In this document: positions 10,507 to 20,692 of the stretch, piece by piece
How positions within the stretch are numbered: position 1 is the stretch's first letter
Layout: each line of letters opens with the position of its first letter
Program-made: the position numbers and the translations under genes
Notes under the pieces: generated by a model
The model's database searches: none
What the model was told of the DNA's origin: nothing
What the model saw: the letters and a program-made list of their open reading frames with translations, nothing else
Assembly (NCBI GenBank): GCA_964344105.1
Contig: CAYFMD010000005.1
Coordinates: forward strand, 1-56,799
Source of the DNA: Candidatus Woesearchaeota archaeon
Lineage (GTDB): Archaea; Nanobdellota; Nanobdellia; Pacearchaeales; GW2011-AR1
Length of the DNA: 56,799 nucleotides
Direction: 5' to 3'

Positions 10507-11013
10507 TTATTTCTTAACTAAAACCCAACTCACAATAGCTGCAATTATTATTAACAAGATAGTTCCAAAAACAGTACCATCCGCGCCATATCTAATTTGT
10601 TCAACTAAACTAGTTCCCTCACCGCTTGTTATAATCAAATCTGGATGGAACACTGGATTGAAAACCTTTATAGCGGCAACTAAAAATACAATTATCAACA
10701 AAACAATTGCAACCCATCCCACCTTAGTGCCCATAGCCTTATACAGATCCTTAGATGCCATTCCACTCAAAAGCAATACTAAGAAAACACATATCAACAA
10801 AACTACAAACCAGGGAATAACAGTCCTAACATAAAGATCCAGCGAAGAGAAACTAATAAAGATTGTAGCCATAATTAATCCAACAAAAAGATTAACCCAT
10901 GGAGCCTCTCCTAAAATCTTAGTCATAACCAAAATACTCCAAACTACCAAAAATACAAATAAGAAAGTTATAATTGGCATAAAGAAAAATATTCCCGAAA
11001 TATCAATAGCCAT
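10507..11013 (-). CDS. Multi-TM membrane protein (paralog 3 of 3)
   Basis: FLFVFLVVWSIL..TKILG motif shared with two neighbours. Confidence 0.75.
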   Translation of the reverse strand: MAIDISGIFFFMPIITFLFVFLVVWSILVMTKILGEAPWVNLFVGLIMATIFISFSSLDLYVRTVIPWFVVLLICVFLVLLLSGMASKDLYKAMGTKVGWVAIVLLIIVFLVAAIKVFNPVFHPDLIITSGEGTSLVEQIRYGADGTVFGTILLIIIAAIVSWVLVKK

Positions 11014-11015
11014 CT

Positions 11016-11555
11016 TTAACCACTTCCCCCACCACGGTTTCCACCCATCTTATCTCCAAAGACCACTAAAGCCAAAACACCGATTACTATCAATATAGCA
11101 AACAAAGCTGGGCCTGCTCCTGCTAAATTATATCCAATTCCTCCCAACCACCAAGTGTCTCCAAGAGCTCCAAAGAGTACAAACAAGAATATAACTGCGC
11201 CAATTCCTAACCAGACCATATTACCCTTCTTCTCCCCATCACCCATCAATCCAAGAAGAATCATTGCTATCAACAAAACCGCAAGACCCATACCTGCATA
11301 AGGAAAAATGCTTGCATAAAATCCACTCACATAATCAAATTGCAAAGCCAACAAACCAAAGGCCAAAGCGATAGTCGCATTAACCCCTTTATTCTCTCCA
11401 AGAATCTTAGTCTTATCCATAATCCCATAGACTAAAGCAAATATCATTAAGAAAGGTAACACATAAGCAAAAACTCCCAGATCAGCCCACCTATTCAAAA
11501 CATCTCCGATAGAATAACCAAAAAAACCACCCACTTGATAAAATACTAATCCCAT
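11016..11555 (-). CDS. Multi-TM membrane protein (paralog 2 of 3)
   Basis: YVLPFLMIFALVYGIMDKTKILGE. Confidence 0.75.
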   Translation of the reverse strand: MGLVFYQVGGFFGYSIGDVLNRWADLGVFAYVLPFLMIFALVYGIMDKTKILGENKGVNATIALAFGLLALQFDYVSGFYASIFPYAGMGLAVLLIAMILLGLMGDGEKKGNMVWLGIGAVIFLFVLFGALGDTWWLGGIGYNLAGAGPALFAILIVIGVLALVVFGDKMGGNRGGGSG

Positions 11556-11603
11556 GTTAACCTCTTCTTCACCTACTAAACAAATTTCTCTTTATATATA
11601 TTT

Positions 11604-12116
11604 CTATGACTTCTTCCCGCCACTGCCCATCCTATCCCCAAACAAAACAGCAAGGATAGCAGCACCAATAGCTATTATCAAAACTAAATTAGCCCAGACC
11701 TGACTAGAGTTTGCCCCAAAGAAAAAATAATAAACAGTGTCCCAATAACCACTTATCATCAACATGAAAGTCAAAAGAGCTAAAAACAAAATACTAACTA
11801 AAGTAATCTTCCATCCTTTATGTAAGAAATCCTCGCCATGAGTCTTTCCAACTATAAACCCATACATCAACATGAAAACTAACAACAAAACCGCACTAAC
11901 TGCCAAAAAAGGCATCAATAAAACAACTATCCCCCTAGGCGCTGGAAAAGCAATCAAAATCAATCCCACAACTAATCCAACCAATGCATCAACACTCTTC
12001 TTTTCCTCTCCTAGCAATTGAATCTTCTGAAGAAGTGCAAAGATTACAGTGAAAACTAAAACGAATGGTAATACATAATCCAAAAAATACGGATGCACTA
12101 AAAACGGTTCTGCCAT
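11604..12116 (-). CDS. Multi-TM membrane protein (paralog 1 of 3)
   Basis: YVLPFVLVFTVIFALLQKIQLLGE. Confidence 0.75.
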   Translation of the reverse strand: MAEPFLVHPYFLDYVLPFVLVFTVIFALLQKIQLLGEEKKSVDALVGLVVGLILIAFPAPRGIVVLLMPFLAVSAVLLLVFMLMYGFIVGKTHGEDFLHKGWKITLVSILFLALLTFMLMISGYWDTVYYFFFGANSSQVWANLVLIIAIGAAILAVLFGDRMGSGGKKS

Positions 12117-12169
12117 AATATCCTCTCTTTACAATATTAAAAATAAGAACTTTATAAACATTCCGAGAA

Positions 12170-12502
12170 CTACATCACAGGACCTTCAACATGAGTCTCT
12201 TCGTGAACAGGCTCTTCTTCAGAAAGATCTACAGTTTCCTGAACTTCAGTATTAGACTCATCCAATGGCAAACTAGCCTTACTAACAATAACTACATCTC
12301 CAATTGCTCTAACAAATTGATGTGGAATTATAACTCCTCTCGCACCACCTAAAAAACTAGCCATACTACTAACAACCTTGATTCTCCAACTCTCAACCTT
12401 ATTCTCAACTAAATTACTCTCCTCAACTTCACCAAAATAATCACCCGTATCAGTATAAACCTTCTTACCAATAACATCAGTCAACTTTTTTATCTTCAGC
12501 AT
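12170..12502 (-). CDS. PRC-barrel domain protein (CdpB-like)
   Basis: IGKKVYTDTGDYFGEVEE...IIPHQFVRAIGDVVIV; start taken at MLKIKK (12502). Confidence 0.85.
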   Translation of the reverse strand: MLKIKKLTDVIGKKVYTDTGDYFGEVEESNLVENKVESWRIKVVSSMASFLGGARGVIIPHQFVRAIGDVVIVSKASLPLDESNTEVQETVDLSEEEPVHEETHVEGPVM

Positions 12503-12603
12503 TCCTAGAAATACTAAAACTAATTTAAATACTTTTGCATATTCCAAAGATATAACTCGACAATAACTTTATTAAATGATTTACCCTCGATAATAAAAAG
12601 AGA

Positions 12604-13332
12604 ATGTTAAAACCTAGAAAAAAAGTAAGGAAAGTTCATGAATATAATATAGGAGATCCAGTATTTTGGGTTTTCACAAAAAAGGAATTAGTCTGGATGT
12701 TTGTATTCATAATAATAGCTTCTTTCATTAGTTGGATCCCAATAATTCCAAACGATGATCCGATGAAGATAATCACAACACTTTTAGTCTTCACAACAAT
12801 AATAACTGTTTGGATTGCTACAAAAAAATTAGTTTCTCCACATTACTCAATAAAGATAGAGCATTCTGATTGGAAGCTAATACAATGGTGGTGGTTCAAA
12901 AGAGCTTACTTCAGAAACCCATTACCACTAGGATTAATAGCACCATTCTTCCTAGCAATCTTTACGCTAGGATACCTAAAGCCATTCGCATTCTTTCAAT
13001 TCGATTTTGAAAATGTGGAAGAAACAAGAATTCTAAAGAGGCACGGTCCAAGAGGATCAAGAAGAAAAGAAGTAGTTACAGAACAAGATCTAGCATATAC
13101 TGCTGCTTGGGGAATGTATGCACTACTAGGATTAGCAATAATAGGATTATTAGTAAAATCATACCTACCAGTTTACGGAGCAGATCTAGCAAAATATTCT
13201 ATCTTCTTTGGACTATGGAATCTATTACCCGGAAGTCAGCTAGACGGAGCAAAAATATTTTTTGGGACAACTGTACAATACACATTTATATTAATACTAT
13301 ACCTAATATCAACTATACTAGTGTTCATATAA
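12604..13332 (+). CDS. Site-2 protease (M50)-like membrane protein lacking HExxH
   Basis: C-terminal NLLPGSQLDGAKI resembles the M50 NxxPxxxxDG motif; no HExxH present. Confidence 0.55.
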   Translation: MLKPRKKVRKVHEYNIGDPVFWVFTKKELVWMFVFIIIASFISWIPIIPNDDPMKIITTLLVFTTIITVWIATKKLVSPHYSIKIEHSDWKLIQWWWFKRAYFRNPLPLGLIAPFFLAIFTLGYLKPFAFFQFDFENVEETRILKRHGPRGSRRKEVVTEQDLAYTAAWGMYALLGLAIIGLLVKSYLPVYGADLAKYSIFFGLWNLLPGSQLDGAKIFFGTTVQYTFILILYLISTILVFI

Positions 13333-13333
13333 A

Positions 13334-14035
13334 ATGGAATTGAAAATTAAAAAAAAGAGTAGTCTAATTTTAGAAGATCCAATAATATTTGAAAAGCCAA
13401 AGAACTCCCAAACTATTTTTCAAGAACAATCAATAAATGAAAATCTAGCGATCCATTCTGTACAGAAACACTTATCCCTATTGAAACTTGAAGAATACTT
13501 ACTAGTAATCTCATTAATAACAACTGCAGTCCTAGGAAGAATTTTACTGCAACCTTTAGCAAGCATCGAACCAATAACATTCATAGCACTCCTAGCAGGC
13601 TCATTATTTGGAATCAGAAAGGGAGCATTAGTAGGCGCTTCAAGTTGGTATCTATCAAACTTCTTCATGTTTGGAGGACAAGGACCTTGGACAATATTCC
13701 ACATAGCTAATGGGCTAGTGGCAGGCGCATTAGGAGGATTACTCTTAAGAAAACCAACGGTTCTAAAATCCATAATAGCAATAACACTCTCAACCATAAT
13801 CTTTGAATTATCAATTAACATAATGTCAGGGTTATTATTCTATGGGTTAATAGCTTCATTCATAACCGCAATCCCATTTGCTATAACTCATTTAATATCT
13901 AATATATTGTTATCAACAACACTTCCAAAATCGAGGACAATAATACTTAAAAAAGGAAAACTAGATACTAAACATATGTATCAAAATCTTTTAAAAAAAT
14001 TAAAACAAAAAAGAGCTCAAACTAATGAACTATAA
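13334..14035 (+). CDS. ECF transporter S component
   Basis: IEPITFIALLAGSLFGIRKGALVG...SNFFMFGGQGPWT, about 6 TM helices. Confidence 0.8.
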   Translation: MELKIKKKSSLILEDPIIFEKPKNSQTIFQEQSINENLAIHSVQKHLSLLKLEEYLLVISLITTAVLGRILLQPLASIEPITFIALLAGSLFGIRKGALVGASSWYLSNFFMFGGQGPWTIFHIANGLVAGALGGLLLRKPTVLKSIIAITLSTIIFELSINIMSGLLFYGLIASFITAIPFAITHLISNILLSTTLPKSRTIILKKGKLDTKHMYQNLLKKLKQKRAQTNEL

Positions 14036-15392
14036 ACTATATTTAATTCTAATAACAATTCTTGTAATCCCTTTTGTTGCAGCAGATAATGTAGGTGTTG
14101 TAATAGATTTCCCAGATGGATCAAAACATATAGAATGCTTAGAAGCGGATGAAAGTGATTCTGGTTATGAACTACTAAACAAATTATCCCTATCAACATT
14201 ATGGGCAGGGCCAGGATCTTTTGGGCATCAACTTTGCCAAGTAAACGGAATAGGAGATCAGTTAGCAGGAAATGCATGTTCATTCTCAGGAGAATACTGG
14301 AGATTCTTAAGTTTAATAGATAATAGTTGGGAATACCTCCCAGTAGGATTTGACGGAGGATCTTCTTGTTGGAACAATGATCTATCTTCTTTCGACGGCC
14401 ATTACTGTGCAACTGAAGGAGATGTAATTGCATTAAGCTATGGAGAATTCGCAGATCCGCGACCAACAACCTACAGCTTCAACGAAATATGCAGTCCAAT
14501 TGAAGCTACAGAGATAAAAGTTTATGTAGATGGTAAAAGAGAATCTGATGTAGATGAAGATGGAGGAGACATCGAAGCAGAGCCTGGATCAGAAATAGAA
14601 TTTAGAATAGAATTAGAAAACACATATGAGTTTGACGAGGATCTAGAAATAGAAAACGTAGAAGCTGAAATAACTATAATTGACATAGATGACGGATCTG
14701 ATCTAGAAGAAAATGCTGATTTCAAAGATCTGGAAGTCAATGAAGATGAAAAAGAGTCTATAAAAATAAAAATTCCTTTGGTCCTAGAAGAAGATGATTA
14801 CAAAATCGAACTAAAAATAACCGGTGAATCAGATAATATTGATCAAGAAACAACTATCATCTACGATCTCAATATAGATAAGGAGAAACACGATCTAGAT
14901 TTTTCTAAACTTATTTTAGATGAAGAATCAGTTTGCCCAAATACAAATAATGTACTGTCATTAGAGGTTTCAAACACTGGTGAGAAAGACCAGCATGATG
15001 TAAGACTCTCGATAAGGAGCTCAGACCTAGAGATAGACTTCTCAGATAGATTTGATATAGACGAAGGAGATCCTGATGAAAAATATAGAAAGCAAATCCC
15101 ATTTAAAATACCAGATCTTTCCCCAGGAGAATATAAGATAAATCTAAATCTAGATTACTCAGAAATAACAAGAGAAGATATATCCCTAACCGTAAAAGAT
15201 TGTAACCAAGCACCAATAACTGGAAACGCAATAAATGAAAACATAATAACCCCTACAAAAACACAGGCTACACCAAACAACCAAGCCCTACAAACTCAAA
15301 CCTTCTTACAAAACTACGCAATCCTAATTTTACTAGCAGTATTCTTACTATTCTTAATTGTAGCAATTGTATACATAATTTCTATTCTGTAA
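14025..15392 (+). CDS. Surface protein: DUF4430/transcobalamin-like N-domain, acidic Ig/CARDB-like domains, C-terminal TM anchor
   Basis: Signal peptide; SGYELL...FGHQLCQVNGIG...YWRF pattern; VSNTGEKDQ; C-terminal TM. Confidence 0.6.
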   Translation: MNYKLYLILITILVIPFVAADNVGVVIDFPDGSKHIECLEADESDSGYELLNKLSLSTLWAGPGSFGHQLCQVNGIGDQLAGNACSFSGEYWRFLSLIDNSWEYLPVGFDGGSSCWNNDLSSFDGHYCATEGDVIALSYGEFADPRPTTYSFNEICSPIEATEIKVYVDGKRESDVDEDGGDIEAEPGSEIEFRIELENTYEFDEDLEIENVEAEITIIDIDDGSDLEENADFKDLEVNEDEKESIKIKIPLVLEEDDYKIELKITGESDNIDQETTIIYDLNIDKEKHDLDFSKLILDEESVCPNTNNVLSLEVSNTGEKDQHDVRLSIRSSDLEIDFSDRFDIDEGDPDEKYRKQIPFKIPDLSPGEYKINLNLDYSEITREDISLTVKDCNQAPITGNAINENIITPTKTQATPNNQALQTQTFLQNYAILILLAVFLLFLIVAIVYIISIL

Positions 15393-15426
15393 TAGAATTT
15401 AATAACATCAATCTTCTTAGACTAAC

Positions 15427-16992
15427 ATGCCACATGAAGTACTTTCAAAAATACAGCCAAGAGAATATCAACAGAAAATATTCGAATCTTGCAAAGAAAA
15501 AAACTGCTTAGTTGTACTTCCAACTGGAGTTGGTAAAACCCTCATAGCATTAATGCTATCAATTTATACACAAAAACAATTTCCTGCAACAAAAACATTA
15601 TTCCTAGCACCAACAAGACCATTAGCAGAACAGCATTTAGCATATTTTGAAAAGCACTTACCAGAACTATTTGCAGAAATGGCATTATTCACTGGAAAAA
15701 CCCCTGCAGAAAAAAGAAGAAAAATTTGGGAAACTTCAGATATAATTTTCTCAACTCCCCAATGCATAAGTAACGATCTGAAAAACGAGTTATATTCACT
15801 AGAAGAGGTCTCACTATTAATAGAAGATGAATGCCATAGATGCCTAAAGAATTACGCCTACACATATATAGCTGAAATCTATAAAGAGCAAGCAAAGAAC
15901 CAAAAAATATTGGGGCTAACTGCCAGCCCTGGGACAGAAACAGAAAAGATAAAACAAATAGCAACCAATCTTGGAATAGAATCTATAGAACTAAGGACGA
16001 GAGAGTCAGATGATGTTAAAGAATACCTACAAGATCTAGAATTCAATGTTATTAGACTTGAATTCCCAGATGAATTCAAAGAGATAGATAAATTAGTAAA
16101 ATCCGTCTATGATAAAAAGGTCTTAGAATTAAAAAATAGAAAACTGTTATTTGGGCCCCCAACAAAAACCAATATCATAAAATTGCAGCAAGCTATAATG
16201 GCAAACAGACCTGGTCCAAGAGATTTCAACAGACTAGTTGGAGCAAGCGTAGCAGCACAAGCAATAAAAATTGCACATTTAGTAGAGCTAATAGAAACAC
16301 AAACACTCTATACCGCATCTAACTACATAAGAAACATCTATGAACAAGCGGCAGCGAAAAAATCAAAAGCGGTTCAAAGAATTGTAAAAGACAAGGAATT
16401 CAACCTTGCTTCCATAAAAATTAATGAACTTCTAGCAAAAGATGCCGAACATCCAAAACTCCTCCAGCTAATCTCATTAATGGAAGAATCTATAGAGGAA
16501 AATCCAAAATACAAAACAATAATATTCTCACAATTTAGAGATACTGTAGTAAAAATAGCAGAAGAACTAAACAAAATCCCAAATCTAAAAGCAAAAACTT
16601 TTGTCGGACAAGCAAAAAAACAAGGAAGCGGGCTATCACAAAAAGAACAACAAGCAATTATGGATGAATTCAGAGCTGGAGAAATAAATGTTATCTGTGC
16701 AACATCCATAGCAGAGGAAGGACTAGATATCCCAGAAGTAAACTCTGTAATATTCTATGAACCCATCCCGAGTGCCATAAGATCTATCCAAAGAAGAGGA
16801 AGAACCGCAAGATTAATGAAAGGAAAATCTATAATCCTAGTAACATTAGATACATTAGATGAAATATTCTACTATACGTCAATGTCAAGAGAAAAAAGAA
16901 TGTACAAATCTATAGAATCTGTAAAAGAAGATCTAGATTCTGGAAAAACATTAAAACTCAGAAAGAAAAGAGAACAAAAGACGCTCTTTTAA
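15427..16992 (+). CDS. hef: Hef/FANCM-like SF2 helicase (helicase part only)
   Basis: LPTGVGKT, DECH, LTASPG, EEGLDIP, QRRGRTAR. Confidence 0.9.
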   Translation: MPHEVLSKIQPREYQQKIFESCKEKNCLVVLPTGVGKTLIALMLSIYTQKQFPATKTLFLAPTRPLAEQHLAYFEKHLPELFAEMALFTGKTPAEKRRKIWETSDIIFSTPQCISNDLKNELYSLEEVSLLIEDECHRCLKNYAYTYIAEIYKEQAKNQKILGLTASPGTETEKIKQIATNLGIESIELRTRESDDVKEYLQDLEFNVIRLEFPDEFKEIDKLVKSVYDKKVLELKNRKLLFGPPTKTNIIKLQQAIMANRPGPRDFNRLVGASVAAQAIKIAHLVELIETQTLYTASNYIRNIYEQAAAKKSKAVQRIVKDKEFNLASIKINELLAKDAEHPKLLQLISLMEESIEENPKYKTIIFSQFRDTVVKIAEELNKIPNLKAKTFVGQAKKQGSGLSQKEQQAIMDEFRAGEINVICATSIAEEGLDIPEVNSVIFYEPIPSAIRSIQRRGRTARLMKGKSIILVTLDTLDEIFYYTSMSREKRMYKSIESVKEDLDSGKTLKLRKKREQKTLF

Positions 16993-17040
16993 CTTTCCAT
17001 CCATCCTCTAAGGGAGGGTGGGAGGGTTAGAAGATTATGG

Positions 17041-17718
17041 ATGGAAAAAATGATACACAATATTTTCAAATCAAAAACAAAAAAGGCAAAACCGAAGCCA
17101 ACCCAGTTAATAATAGCAGACATCCATGAAAAAAATTCCCTAGTAATATCAGAACTACATAAATCAACTCAAGTAAGGCTAGAAGTAAAGGCGCTAAAGA
17201 TAGCAGATTACATAATCAATGATATAGCCATTGAAAGAAAAACAATTTCAGATCTGATAAGTTCTATGATAAACAAACGTTTAATTCAACAACTAAAAAA
17301 TATGGAGAGTTACAAAAAGTCATTATTAATTATTGAAGGAGATCTAGATGAAACTATTAACCAAGAGAACAACATATCTAAAGCACTAAGAGGCCTCTTA
17401 GTATCTATCTCAACTAACTCACAAACATCAATAATACAAACACAAGATTACGAAGACACCGCGAAATATCTAATAACTCTAGCAAAGCAACAACTAAAAC
17501 CTAAACAAGAAATTTCATTACATTCAAGAATTCCAAAAACAAAAAAGGAACAAAAGCAATATGTCTTAGAATCCTTCCCAAACGTAGGACCTACCAAAGC
17601 CAAACAACTTATAAAAAAATTCAAAACCATAAAAGATACAATAAACGCGTCAGAAGAAGAATTGCAAGAAATTCTAAAAAACAGAGCCAAGGATTTCAAA
17701 GATCTTACCGAAATTTAG
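17041..17718 (+). CDS. ERCC4/XPF-family nuclease with HhH domain
   Basis: ADY...IERKTISD (GDxnERKxxxD-like); C-terminal PNVGPTKAKQL HhH. Confidence 0.88.
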   Translation: MEKMIHNIFKSKTKKAKPKPTQLIIADIHEKNSLVISELHKSTQVRLEVKALKIADYIINDIAIERKTISDLISSMINKRLIQQLKNMESYKKSLLIIEGDLDETINQENNISKALRGLLVSISTNSQTSIIQTQDYEDTAKYLITLAKQQLKPKQEISLHSRIPKTKKEQKQYVLESFPNVGPTKAKQLIKKFKTIKDTINASEEELQEILKNRAKDFKDLTEI

Positions 17719-18005
17719 CTTTTGCCATAAAGAATTACTAAATTATCAACATCTACATTCCAAACTCCGTTTCCAGACAATCCGCTTCCCCCAGTAATAA
17801 CGCCCTTCATCACCCTTGCAGAGTCATAACCACATCTCTGCAACTCCATTAATGCCCAGGGACCATATTTCCCATAAAGATTAACAGTGTGTATTTCTCT
17901 CGCATGAGAACCATTAGCATAATCCATTATCCCCTTACGGATAAGGGTAGCGGCACTAGACCCCTCCAATTCTGGTTCTACAACTTGACTTAAATCATCT
18001 GCCAT
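17715..18005 (-). CDS. Hypothetical protein
   Basis: 96-aa ORF with ATG start and upstream TATA-like sequence. Confidence 0.55.
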   Translation of the reverse strand: MADDLSQVVEPELEGSSAATLIRKGIMDYANGSHAREIHTVNLYGKYGPWALMELQRCGYDSARVMKGVITGGSGLSGNGVWNVDVDNLVILYGKS

Positions 18006-18159
18006 CCTAAAAGCAAATACTTAAATTTCACTTATAAAGATCGGCCATCTCCAATAAATATTTTCCAGAACAAAAGTTATTTAAATCTAGCTTAACTTTC
18101 CAAGTTATATTTTATACCAGGTTGCCACAGATCTATAGAGAAAAAGCCTGTAATCAATT

Positions 18160-20418
18160 CTATCTAAAAAAATTCTTAATATAATTTCCAAATTTCTTTA
18201 AATTAACAGATTTAAAAAACTCTATAACACTCTTCGCCCCTACACTTGACAAACCATCAGGCAACACCACCTCAAACTCTTCAGAAGCCATTTGTACTCC
18301 TCCATCATATTCTGCAATCATGAACAGCTTACAGGTTCCCTGTTCTGAGGTAAAAGGAATATCAAAAGATTTTGAATATTCTTCCCTATTGCTAACCAAA
18401 AACTCCCCTTCTTCAGTAGAAACCAATTTCCCATTAGAATCATAAATCTGATAAATTGTCTTAACTTGCCCCTCCTTACTATCTGCTAGAACATCCAATA
18501 GAATACTCAACTCCACCTCCTCTCCTGGATAAACAGTCTTAGATTCTTCTGAAATCTTAATCCCAAGATTAAAAAATGATTCAGAAATTGTCTCTTTAAT
18601 AGATTCTCCTTTCTTCCAAACACCCTTACTTCCAAGCCCAGTAATACTCTCAAGAATAGCAACATCCACTTTAACAGAAATTTCAGCATCTCTTCTATTT
18701 CCAAGAGTATCATTAACACTAATGTTCAACCAATGAATTTTATCACTACCCAATCCGGTAACATTAGTCAACACTCCCTCAGAATCATCACTAATTTCCG
18801 AATTGCTATCGCTAGAATCATCAGATTCCCCATTTTCTTGAGCTAATTCTGAATTCTCAATCTGTTCGCTAGTCTCCTCTTCACTACCAGTTTCAATTTC
18901 ACTACCTACACCCTCTTCTAAATTCTCAACAACACTTGAAACACTACCGGAACTTTCTTCATCAACAACAAAATCATCTTCTACATTATCTTCCAACTCA
19001 GAGCCCTCTTCTTCAGGTACCTGTATAGAATCTACAGGTTCTGTCTCGCTACCACTTTCCTCATTACCATCTACTACCAATTCATCAACTTCCTCCACTA
19101 CAACAATTTCCTCATTCTCTTCAACAATCTCCTCATCTAAAATTTCAACATCACCTACTTCATCTTTAACCTCTTCCAAATTCTCACTCTCTTCCAAAAA
19201 CAATTCCAAACTACCAATCTCAACATCTGCCTCCAATTCCAATAAAGGTTTCTCAAACCTAATGCTATATCCACTATCAATAAGGTCCTGAAAACTCATT
19301 AAACTATCATCTATCAACAAGCTACTAGAATCATAAATTTCCAAGGAGTTATCAGAAGTAATATCAATCTTAGCCAACAGCTTATAATCTTGTAATTCAA
19401 CACTATACGCCCATTTGTAATCTACATTGGCCTCCTCAGCAAGTTCCTCATAGACCTCTATCTCAAAATCTTCATCTCCTATCTCTAAGACACTTAAATC
19501 CTCAATCTTATCAATCTCGCTATCTTCAATCTCTTCCGCTTTATCTTGAATATCTGCCAAATTAACTCCTTCTAAATCTTCCGCCTCAAGATCACTAACA
19601 CTAACTTCACTATCTACCCCTACCACTCTCCCAACTAACCCAAACAATCTAACCATGTTTCCAGTAATTCCCGTATTTTCCTCCAAAAGGTCATTTTCTT
19701 CAACAAAGTTCTCTTCTTCTTGAAATTCATTCTCTGCATCCTCTGTTCCCTCTCCTAAATCTTCACCCACGTTGTTATCTTCTTCAACAACTTCATCAAG
19801 ATCTTCCTGATTTTCATCTACATCTGAATCAATTTCTTCATCAGATCCCTCAGCTTCACTAACTCCTGTTGTTATACCAATGCTCCCAAAGCCGTCATTA
19901 ACCTCTTCTTCAGAAACTTCCTCTATAGAAGAATCTTCTTGGATATCAATTTCATCGCTAACAATACTCTCTTGCAGAATTTCCTCTTCCACACCATATC
20001 CACTCTCAATATCGTTATCTATTCCAGGCAAAACATCCTCTTCAACAACAATATCCACAATCTCTTCAACAAACTGATCATAATCAAGCAGCTCAAAATA
20101 CAGTCGAATATTGCTACTCCCATAACTAAAATCCATCCTTTCATTCTTATTATCACTAACAATTGAATCGCCTAATTTTTGAGGCTCTTTAATTTCCAAT
20201 ATGATACCCTCTTCTTCAAAAGACTCTTCAACAACCTCTTCTTCCGCCAAATTATTAACAACCATTCCTGTCAATGAAAAACCGCCAGAAAAACTTAATT
20301 TTTCAAAAGAATCAACCACATTACCAGTAATTCCATTATCAATACTAAAAGCAACACTGAAGACAAGCAGAGTAGATATCAAAAATAAACCAAACAATAA
20401 ATTTTTATTGAATTTCAT
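18160..20418 (-). CDS. Large, very acidic surface protein
   Basis: Signal peptide, repeated ITGNVV/LTGMVV/ITGNMV motifs, E/D-rich tracts, Ig-like C-terminal region. Confidence 0.7.
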   Translation of the reverse strand: MKFNKNLLFGLFLISTLLVFSVAFSIDNGITGNVVDSFEKLSFSGGFSLTGMVVNNLAEEEVVEESFEEEGIILEIKEPQKLGDSIVSDNKNERMDFSYGSSNIRLYFELLDYDQFVEEIVDIVVEEDVLPGIDNDIESGYGVEEEILQESIVSDEIDIQEDSSIEEVSEEEVNDGFGSIGITTGVSEAEGSDEEIDSDVDENQEDLDEVVEEDNNVGEDLGEGTEDAENEFQEEENFVEENDLLEENTGITGNMVRLFGLVGRVVGVDSEVSVSDLEAEDLEGVNLADIQDKAEEIEDSEIDKIEDLSVLEIGDEDFEIEVYEELAEEANVDYKWAYSVELQDYKLLAKIDITSDNSLEIYDSSSLLIDDSLMSFQDLIDSGYSIRFEKPLLELEADVEIGSLELFLEESENLEEVKDEVGDVEILDEEIVEENEEIVVVEEVDELVVDGNEESGSETEPVDSIQVPEEEGSELEDNVEDDFVVDEESSGSVSSVVENLEEGVGSEIETGSEEETSEQIENSELAQENGESDDSSDSNSEISDDSEGVLTNVTGLGSDKIHWLNISVNDTLGNRRDAEISVKVDVAILESITGLGSKGVWKKGESIKETISESFFNLGIKISEESKTVYPGEEVELSILLDVLADSKEGQVKTIYQIYDSNGKLVSTEEGEFLVSNREEYSKSFDIPFTSEQGTCKLFMIAEYDGGVQMASEEFEVVLPDGLSSVGAKSVIEFFKSVNLKKFGNYIKNFFR

Positions 20419-20609
20419 TTACCATCCTCCTTCAGAAAATACAATTTTGCTCTTCCAACATCCTTGCTTTCTATAACTTTCAAATCAACCAAACAACGCA
20501 AATAGCCCATCAAAATAGCCCTATTAGGTTTTTCTTCAAGTTGTTTGGCTATCTCCTCCCTAGTACAAAAACCACTCTTCTTTAAAATATCAACAATCTC
20601 TTTTTTCAT
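20415..20609 (-). CDS. Small winged-helix DNA-binding protein
   Basis: TREEIAKQL...LMGYLRCLVDLKVIESKDVGRAKLYFL. Confidence 0.75.
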   Translation of the reverse strand: MKKEIVDILKKSGFCTREEIAKQLEEKPNRAILMGYLRCLVDLKVIESKDVGRAKLYFLKEDGK

Positions 20610-20623
20610 AGTATACTATCAAA

Positions 20624-20657
20624 TGTACTTTTTGTTGTACTTTTTGTTGTACTTTTT
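20624..20657. repeat. Tandem 12-bp repeat (TGTACTTTTTGT x2.8) upstream of the wHTH gene
   Basis: Copies start at 20624, 20636 and 20648; inverted half AAGTACA at 20669-20675. Confidence 0.8.
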
Positions 20658-20692
20658 AATACATCAATAAGTACACTATAAAATCATCCTAT

